Virus record (IMG/VR): IMGVR_UViG_3300020463_000102
Location: 1-28,283 of that record
Strand: one strand, 5' to 3'
DNA length: 28,283 nucleotides
From: a virus
Taxonomy: Duplodnaviria; Caudoviricetes
The notes under the pieces: model-generated
Told to the model about the DNA's origin: nothing
What the model saw: the letters and a program-made list of their open reading frames with translations, nothing else
Databases searched by the model: none
Shown: one piece after another, positions 1-6,651 of the stretch
Position numbering within the stretch: the first letter of the stretch is position 1
How the letters are laid out: each line of letters starts with the position of its first letter
Position numbers and translations under genes: made by a program

Positions 1-607
1 ATCTTGTAGCATAACGCTCACATAACTTGATAAACATGTGTGCAAGTTTATCAGTCATCTTGCCATGTTCTTTTGAGAAATGTCCGTTTTCCATACCACC
101 TACCCAATGCGATTTACCAACAACATAAGGAATCTTATCCTCGTCGATCTTGTAGTGCCAAAAAGGAGGAAAGTTAAGTTTCACATAGTTAAGATCCTGC
201 TCAACATCGCTCATTAGTTCTTGCAATCCATCATCTTCAACATCAACATCATCCATCTCTAGCAGTTCTTCTAGTTTGCTTTTTTTCTTTTCTTGTGCTT
301 TGGTAAGTTTCTTTGGCACCATTGGAATGTGATCCCAACAAATCACTCTGAATACCAGTTCTTGATTGTTAAGTTTTACAGGATCAACTATCTCGCCAGT
401 TAGTCTTTTAATTCTATCTGCTTTGTTACGTCTTGCTTCTGCAACAGTACGCTGATTGATCTTGTCAACAGTAGGTACAATAATGTCATACTGTGCAAAT
501 TCTCTTTCAAGATAAGAACAGTAGGTGTTTTTGCTTTTCCAAATTTCTTTAAGTATGTCTCTGTTGTTTAGATAGTTTACTTTTCTAGGTGTTTTCACCG
601 GTGGCAT
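1..607 (-). CDS. gp55: T4 gp55-like late-transcription sigma factor (partial, 3' end outside window)
   Basis: Not in the ORF track. Manual translation from ATG at 607 is open for 202 codons to the window edge: MPPVKTPRKVNYLNNRDILKEIWKSK...GKMTDKLAHMFIKLCERYATR. NYLNN..IL..I resembles the gp55 N-terminal NYVNNKEL motif, and LAHMFIKLCERYATR resembles the helix entering region 2. SD TAAGGAG on the - strand at 614-620. Confidence 0.8.
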   Translation of the reverse strand, partial: MPPVKTPRKVNYLNNRDILKEIWKSKNTYCSYLEREFAQYDIIVPTVDKINQRTVAEARRNKADRIKRLTGEIVDPVKLNNQELVFRVICWDHIPMVPKKLTKAQEKKKSKLEELLEMDDVDVEDDGLQELMSDVEQDLNYVKLNFPPFWHYKIDEDKIPYVVGKSHWVGGMENGHFSKEHGKMTDKLAHMFIKLCERYATR

Positions 608-636
608 ACGATTCTCCTTAGCCTAATAACTTGTAC

Positions 637-665
637 ATTATACAACATTACTTACCAGAAGTCAA
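637..665 (-). promoter_or_regulatory. Host sigma70-type promoter for the late sigma gene (TTGACT-N17-TATAAT)
   Basis: The - strand reads TTGACT tctggtaagtaatgttg TATAAT: -35 at 660-665, -10 at 637-642, 17-bp spacer, about 30 bp upstream of the ATG at 607. Confidence 0.85.
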
Positions 666-670
666 TCATT

Positions 671-699
671 AACTACGCACTTTTTGGTAAGCATAAATA
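671..699 (+). promoter_or_regulatory. Late promoter: AACTACGCACTT-N11-TAAATA
   Basis: TAAATA at 694-699 (T4 late core is TATAAATA), upstream 12-mer at 671-682, then SD AGAGGAG (705-711) and ATG 717. Confidence 0.75.
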
Positions 700-716
700 A
701 GACTAGAGGAGATAAC

Positions 717-3113
717 ATGGCAGGTTTTGATCCAGCAAAAGCCGCTAGAATGAATCAACTAGCACAACAATATCCAAAGGCACCTATTGGTACACTTGCA
801 ACATTGGCAAGAATTCCTGTCAGCGACCTAGGAAACTATACAACTGATAGTGTTGGCACACGTGCCAGTAATGCTAACTTTGGAAGGGTAACCAGTGAAC
901 AGTCTCAAAACGTGCAAAGCACAGATGCTCCAACTGATTCTATCATGTATGCGGCAGCAAGACAAGCACAAGCAAAAGCCGCTGTGTTAGTAGCAAAAAC
1001 TACTCCAGATCCTCCAGGAGCTCAGACTGTTGAACAAATGGAGATTTTTAATCAGCAGTTACTAGATACTAGAGATGCGGCGGTAGCAAAAGCAAAAAGA
1101 CTTTCAGATGCAGTAGGAATACAAGAAAATTCTATTCCTCTGCCACCGCCTCTTACGAACGATGATATTGAAGAAAATCCATTTGCGACAGATTTTGATG
1201 ATGAACCATCACCACCAGCAGTCTCACGGAGCCAACGTGATGCGTTTGCTGGTAGAGGTGAATTTGCACCAGGTCCGATTGTACCACAAACACCACCTTC
1301 ACGTCCAAGTACATTAAGCACAAGTACCCAAAACACAGTTGATCCAGGATTGGCAAATGCAGTTCGGGCACAAGAACAAGCCGCGATAGATGCCAGTAAT
1401 GCTTTTACAGAACCAGAAGCTCCGGATCCATATCCTGCACCACCACCATCAAGACCAGTGGAATCGTTTGATGCACCGGTTGATGACTTCAGTGGCTATC
1501 CAGTTACACAAGTAGATGACTTTGGTGGACCAAGTAGAAATATAACTCAGGTAGATGATTTTGCTGAATATCAAGCACCTGCACAAGTTGACGACTTTGC
1601 TGAGTTTCAAGCACCAGCACAAGTAGATGATTTTGCTGATTATCAAGCACCAGCACAAGTAGATGACTTCGCAGAAATAAACACACCTGCACAAGTAGAT
1701 GATTTCAGTGGATATAGCAATAATAACTTTGGCACAGAGGACCCTGGTTTAGATGCATTTGGCCCAGGACCAACACCTCCTCCGCCAGCAAATGTACAAG
1801 AATATCAACAGTTTGATGCATTTGGTGATGTTGTAGAGCCACAGCCGCAAGTTGACAGTTTTGATGAATACAGTAACAATGACTTTGGTATAGCAGATGA
1901 AGAAGACTTTAGTGACTTTGCAACTCCAAATCAAGTTAACACATTTGGCGTTGACGACTTTGGTGATAACAATCCATTAGGGCAAGTTGATGACTTTGGC
2001 GAATATAGTTCACCAGATGAAGTGAATCCTTTTGGAGTAGATGACTTTGGCGACGCCGAAGTTGCACAGTTTGACGAATTTGGAAATCCAATATTAGCCG
2101 CTGAGGCTGATGTGGTTGAAAATGATGGTGAAAGTCTGGTAGGTGATGATCCATTCTTTGTTGATGAAGAAGGAGATGGCGCCGGCGAAGAAGCAGTTGG
2201 AACCGGCGACGCACAAGCAGGTTTAGACGGACCAGAACAGGCCGCAATACAAGCACAGGCTCTCAAGCAGAAAGCACAAGAACAACAAACTGTAAATGAG
2301 ATGCGTGAAGCATCAGGTGTAAAAAACGCAGATGGCGATTGGCGTGTCAAGCTCCGATTAGCTCCACAGGCCACTTATTTGTACAAAGATCCTAACCCGG
2401 GTATACTCGCACCACTCGCAATTACTGATGGAATTATTTTTCCATACACGCCAACTATTGACATACAGTACAGAGCAGAATACAATGCGTATAGTCCAAC
2501 ACACAGTAACTATCAACACTATTTTTACAAAAATTCAAGTGTACAAACTGTGCAACTACAAGCCGAATTCACTGCACAAGATACAATAGAAGCAGAATAC
2601 CTCTTAGCATGTATACATTTTCTTAAAAGTTGTAGTAAGATGTTTTATGGGCAAGATGCACAACGAGGATCTCCGCCACCACTATTATATCTAACAGGCT
2701 TAGGTGAATATCAGTTTAACGAAGCACCATGTGCGATAACAGAATTTAACTATAACCTGCCAAACGATGTTAACTACATACGAGCAAGAAGTAGACATAT
2801 AACACGAGATGACGACCTGCAGTTTCAAAAGCCTCTTGCAACTGCTACATCAAATGGAAACTTCAGTTCAATAAACAGACTCAAAACAGCAGTAACAAAT
2901 GCATTGGGAGGAACCACTGAACCATTACAAGCTGGTGCTCAACCATTTAAACCTTCACCTGGTAACTTAGGTTCAAAAGGTGCAACCTATGTTCCGACTA
3001 AGATGGCTATGACAATTAACTTATTACCGATCATAAGCAGACAAGCAGTAAGTCAACAGTTTAGTCTTAAAGAATATGCAAATGGTAACCTAATTAAGAA
3101 AGGAATGTGGTAA
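717..3113 (+). CDS. Baseplate tail-tube initiator (gp48/gp54/CIS-tube-like C-terminal domain) with ~540-aa acidic, Pro-rich, repeat-containing N-terminal extension
   Basis: Start moved from the track's 684 to ATG 717 because of the strong SD. The C-terminal ~260 aa (DWRVKL..GIIFPYTPTI..AEFTAQ..GSPPPLLYL.G.G...F...C.I..F.Y.LP..V.Y..PTK....I.L.P) has the tube-fold pattern usually found just upstream of gp53/LysM genes. Confidence 0.7.
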   Translation: MAGFDPAKAARMNQLAQQYPKAPIGTLATLARIPVSDLGNYTTDSVGTRASNANFGRVTSEQSQNVQSTDAPTDSIMYAAARQAQAKAAVLVAKTTPDPPGAQTVEQMEIFNQQLLDTRDAAVAKAKRLSDAVGIQENSIPLPPPLTNDDIEENPFATDFDDEPSPPAVSRSQRDAFAGRGEFAPGPIVPQTPPSRPSTLSTSTQNTVDPGLANAVRAQEQAAIDASNAFTEPEAPDPYPAPPPSRPVESFDAPVDDFSGYPVTQVDDFGGPSRNITQVDDFAEYQAPAQVDDFAEFQAPAQVDDFADYQAPAQVDDFAEINTPAQVDDFSGYSNNNFGTEDPGLDAFGPGPTPPPPANVQEYQQFDAFGDVVEPQPQVDSFDEYSNNDFGIADEEDFSDFATPNQVNTFGVDDFGDNNPLGQVDDFGEYSSPDEVNPFGVDDFGDAEVAQFDEFGNPILAAEADVVENDGESLVGDDPFFVDEEGDGAGEEAVGTGDAQAGLDGPEQAAIQAQALKQKAQEQQTVNEMREASGVKNADGDWRVKLRLAPQATYLYKDPNPGILAPLAITDGIIFPYTPTIDIQYRAEYNAYSPTHSNYQHYFYKNSSVQTVQLQAEFTAQDTIEAEYLLACIHFLKSCSKMFYGQDAQRGSPPPLLYLTGLGEYQFNEAPCAITEFNYNLPNDVNYIRARSRHITRDDDLQFQKPLATATSNGNFSSINRLKTAVTNALGGTTEPLQAGAQPFKPSPGNLGSKGATYVPTKMAMTINLLPIISRQAVSQQFSLKEYANGNLIKKGMW
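1548..1706 (+). repeat. In-frame 36-bp tandem repeat (QVDDFAEYQAPA-type 12-aa unit), 4 full copies plus a partial fifth
   Basis: Units start at 1548, 1584, 1620, 1656 and 1692, e.g. caagtagatgattttgctgattatcaagcaccagca. Confidence 0.92.
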
Positions 3114-3418
3114 TGGCCAATCCTTATGCTAGTACAAGTATGTATTTTGACACTCCGGTAATTCAACAACAGTTTCTTGGGGTTATGGTCGATAGGCCCA
3201 TACCAAAATTAATAGACGATCTAAGTTTTACTATAAACGAAACTTATAATCTACGCCCTGACCTATTAGCATTTGATTTATACAAAGATTCAAATCTTTG
3301 GTGGGTATTTGCACAACGTAATCCAAATCAACTACAAGATCCTTTATTTGACTTTATAACAGGTACAACAATTTATTTGCCACAAGAGTCTACACTTAAA
3401 ACAGTATTAGGAATCTAA
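3113..3418 (+). CDS. gp53: Baseplate wedge protein gp53-like (LysM-like)
   Basis: RPDLLAFDLYKDSNLWWVFAQRN matches the gp53/LysM RPD.ia..lYg...lwW.i...N signature. ATG 3113 overlaps the upstream TAA (TAATG coupling), giving 101 aa. Confidence 0.85.
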   Translation: MANPYASTSMYFDTPVIQQQFLGVMVDRPIPKLIDDLSFTINETYNLRPDLLAFDLYKDSNLWWVFAQRNPNQLQDPLFDFITGTTIYLPQESTLKTVLGI

Positions 3419-3419
3419 T

Positions 3420-6400
3420 ATGGCCAATCCGGCAGAGATAAATGCAGCCAGACTTAGTCAGCAACTTGAGATAAACAGGCAAAAAATTGCAGTAAAAAGT
3501 TTGCAACAACAAGCTCGCACAGGTGCAAAGTGGAAAGATATACAGGATGACTGGGATACCAGTGATGAAAGTATAAAACTTACTAGGAAAACGTTAACAA
3601 ATCTAAATGGACAAAATGAAGGTTTAAAAACACAACCTGGTTATGTAAGCACCAAAGTAAAACTTACACAAAACATCACAGAAACAAATGTGTTAATAAA
3701 TGACCTAGTAGTAGTGCGTTCTACAACACAAAAAACAGAAAACACCACTGAAGTAATAAACAATTTACCAAGAGCCAGTGCTGGCACTATAGTTGCGAAC
3801 GATGCTATTGCAGTTGAAAACGGCGGACGATTCACAACACCCATAGCTGGCAACAATCAGTTTTTTGATGATATCACACAAGAAGTAAAGCCAGTTGTAG
3901 CAAGTTTAAACAAAAATACAAATGCAAGATTATCTAGTCTAAGCGGGCTAGAAGATCAAGCACTCGGTGATGTAAAAGGTTCTGGTACTACTAGTACCGT
4001 AGGCGGTGCAAATGCAGTGCGTAAAATTACGACTACGCAAAATCAAAATAGTGTACAAGCAACTGGACAAGATCTCCAGAGGGCAACTGATGACGATTCA
4101 ACTACTGTGGTATCAAATAGCATCGGTACTGCTAGTCAAGTGGTCGAAGGCAGGGCCGCAGTGGCAGCTGAATTTATGGAACCAATAGTTGCAACACCAA
4201 ATAAACTTGCAGCCTTGGCAAGTCAAACATACAGTATTTCCATATACATTATGAATATGGATGAATACAAACAGTTGTTAGCAACAGATAAAAAAACTTT
4301 ACCCACTGATCAATTGATTATACAATCAGGCGGTGCGCCAGTTGGACAACGCAACGAGTTCTTTGACTTAGATTTCTATGTTGAGGATTTAGAAATACGC
4401 TGTGCTATAGGGACACAAGAAACGCAATCACCACACAATGTCCAAACAATGAAGTTTAATATATTGGAACCTCAAGGTATTACATTTTTAAGCAGACTAT
4501 CGCAGGCATGTGCCGCACATGAAAACATTGAAGATGTAAATGTTAATTCACAAACGTTCTTAATGGTAATAAGATTTTATGGCTATGATGATCAAGGTAA
4601 TTTAATAAGCAGTGATCCAGCTAGTGGCGATGAGCAAACTAGCGATCCAAAAGCCTTGGTAGAAAAATTTGTCCCATTTCAATTCGCAAATATAACCTAT
4701 CAAATTAAAACAGAGGCCGTGGTGTATAGTGTTGAAGCCACAGTACCTCAAACTACAGTTGGATATTCAACTGCAAGAGGTACAATTCCATTTAATTTCC
4801 AACTAAGTGCCGCTGATGTACAAACCTTGTTCAACGGAAACACACAGTTAGTTGATGTACAAAAACAACAGGTTGATATTGAAGATGATGAAGCAGCAGA
4901 AGTTGCTGAACGTAATCCGCCAGCAAAGAAAGTTGGACTCACTGACAGAACAGTCACACAAGGTTTGGCAACGGCATTGAACCAACATCAACGGGATATT
5001 GTAGAAAAGAAAGGATATCTTATTCCAGATGAATACATAATTGAACTTGAGGATGTAGCTGGCCTTAAAGATGCTAAAATGAAAAAACAAGGAACTGTGG
5101 ATAAAAAACGCACCTCATTTGAAAAAAGCAGTGATCCAAATCAAAAACTAAATCAAAACAAACAAGCACTTGATGTGAACAGTAGGGAATATAGTATTAC
5201 TGCTGGCACACAAATTACACAACTAATTGACCAAGTATTAAAAAACAGTACATATGTTACTGCACAACAGACGGTTGCCTTTGATGAAGTTACGGGAAAG
5301 CGTATCGAGAATCCTCCTGTAAAAACTGTGCAATGGTATAAAATTACACAGACTGCAACACCCATTGGGTATGATAAAAAACGTAATGATTTTGCTTACA
5401 AAATAAGATATTTTATTAGCAGATATCAAATCAACACTCCTCGATCTCCATACTTTCCAGCTGCAATGTATAGAGGAGCACACAAAATATTCAATTATTG
5501 GTTTACTGGGCAAAATACAGAAGTAATAGATTTCCAAATTGATGTAAACAGTAACTATCTACAATCAATTGGTAAAGACGGTTTAAACGAAGACACACGC
5601 ACAGTAGTCGGAGATGCACGTTTTGCAGAAAAGAAATTTTTTGAAACTGCTCCAAATAGCAGTATGCAAGGCGGTGAAGGCGAAAGTACTAGACCTGCCG
5701 CAGAATTAGCATCAAGATTATATGATCCAGCAGACGTTGCAAAAAGCGATATCACAATAGTTGGTGATCCTGATTTTATAACACAAAGTGAAATTTTTTA
5801 TAATCAAGTGACTCTTGGAAGTTTTGAAGCAGATGGTAGCGTGAATAGCAATGCAAGCGAAGTGCTTTACGAAATACGTTTTAACAGAGTAGTTGATTAT
5901 GATTATGCAACAGGTTTGACTCCGGTGTTTAAAGAAAACTTTGCAAAGAGTGGAATCACAGGAGAAACTAATATTGCACAAGAAAGCATAGTGTTTACTG
6001 GTATTGAAATTTATAATTACTTTAAAGACGGACAGTTTACACAAAAACTACACGGAGCCATTCGAACATTTGATACCGCAGTAGATAGTCCTGCCCAGAA
6101 GAAAGCAGAATCTAATAAAGTTGAAGAAGTTCCTGGATTAGATGCATTTGGCGGTACAGGTAATGCTGTACGTCCTACAAAAGTTAATGTTTCTACTCCT
6201 GTCAACGGCGGACGAGGTAGCGGTGAATTTCTTGATCCGCGAGGACGAACTGGTAAGCCAACAGGCGTAAACACTGTGCCAGATTATATATCAGGCAGTT
6301 CGAGGAGTAGCGGTCCAACACCTGTGGCAAATCAAGGAAGCAAAATAGCACCTACACAAAACTACGATGATGCTATTATGCGTAATCAAAGAATTAGTAC

Positions 6401-6641
6401 AATACAAAACAATAGTACTAATTACGTAGACCCTATAATAAACAAAGGGAATTGGCAACCAAAAGTACCACCAAAGCCGGCCGCAACCGTAGTAAGTGAC
6501 GATGCAGGAAATGAAAAGAAAGAAACTTACTTACAAAGAAAAAATAGGCGGGCTCTCGAAAGATCAAGAGCAAGGATCAAAGCTGGAGCAACTGTGGTAG
6601 GTGGACAAGGTGGCGGAACAAATTCAAGTGCATTTCGATAA
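3420..6641 (+). CDS. Baseplate hub protein (gp27/gpD-like) with low-complexity N- and C-terminal extensions
   Basis: Lies between gp53 and gp5. The core (about 4190-6070) has F.I.EP.G..F and a C-terminal I.IVGDP motif followed by F..G.F.Q.L, typical of hub proteins. Confidence 0.65.
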   Translation: MANPAEINAARLSQQLEINRQKIAVKSLQQQARTGAKWKDIQDDWDTSDESIKLTRKTLTNLNGQNEGLKTQPGYVSTKVKLTQNITETNVLINDLVVVRSTTQKTENTTEVINNLPRASAGTIVANDAIAVENGGRFTTPIAGNNQFFDDITQEVKPVVASLNKNTNARLSSLSGLEDQALGDVKGSGTTSTVGGANAVRKITTTQNQNSVQATGQDLQRATDDDSTTVVSNSIGTASQVVEGRAAVAAEFMEPIVATPNKLAALASQTYSISIYIMNMDEYKQLLATDKKTLPTDQLIIQSGGAPVGQRNEFFDLDFYVEDLEIRCAIGTQETQSPHNVQTMKFNILEPQGITFLSRLSQACAAHENIEDVNVNSQTFLMVIRFYGYDDQGNLISSDPASGDEQTSDPKALVEKFVPFQFANITYQIKTEAVVYSVEATVPQTTVGYSTARGTIPFNFQLSAADVQTLFNGNTQLVDVQKQQVDIEDDEAAEVAERNPPAKKVGLTDRTVTQGLATALNQHQRDIVEKKGYLIPDEYIIELEDVAGLKDAKMKKQGTVDKKRTSFEKSSDPNQKLNQNKQALDVNSREYSITAGTQITQLIDQVLKNSTYVTAQQTVAFDEVTGKRIENPPVKTVQWYKITQTATPIGYDKKRNDFAYKIRYFISRYQINTPRSPYFPAAMYRGAHKIFNYWFTGQNTEVIDFQIDVNSNYLQSIGKDGLNEDTRTVVGDARFAEKKFFETAPNSSMQGGEGESTRPAAELASRLYDPADVAKSDITIVGDPDFITQSEIFYNQVTLGSFEADGSVNSNASEVLYEIRFNRVVDYDYATGLTPVFKENFAKSGITGETNIAQESIVFTGIEIYNYFKDGQFTQKLHGAIRTFDTAVDSPAQKKAESNKVEEVPGLDAFGGTGNAVRPTKVNVSTPVNGGRGSGEFLDPRGRTGKPTGVNTVPDYISGSSRSSGPTPVANQGSKIAPTQNYDDAIMRNQRISTIQNNSTNYVDPIINKGNWQPKVPPKPAATVVSDDAGNEKKETYLQRKNRRALERSRARIKAGATVVGGQGGGTNSSAFR

Positions 6642-6651
6642 GGTGATATAA

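Noticed and set aside
631-645. Inverted repeat TTGTA-N5-TACAA over the sigma70 -10 box
   Set aside because: Arms of only 5 bp in AT-rich DNA, and not noticed at the other intergenic sites.
684-716. ORF-track start at 684 (TTG) for the first + strand gene
   Set aside because: It lies upstream of the TAAATA core. ATG 717 has a strong AGAGGAG SD.
1548-1706. 36-bp repeat as a possible CRISPR array or DGR repeat
   Set aside because: The units are head-to-tail without unique spacers, in frame, and vary mostly at synonymous sites. No cas or reverse transcriptase gene is present.
1548-2048. QVDDF as a sliding-clamp-binding motif (QL[SD]LF)
   Set aside because: Asp replaces the key Leu at position 4, and the context is a virion structural protein.
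3107-3112. ORF-track start at 3107 (GTG) for gp53
   Set aside because: ATG 3113 overlapping the upstream stop (TAATG) is the more typical coupled start.
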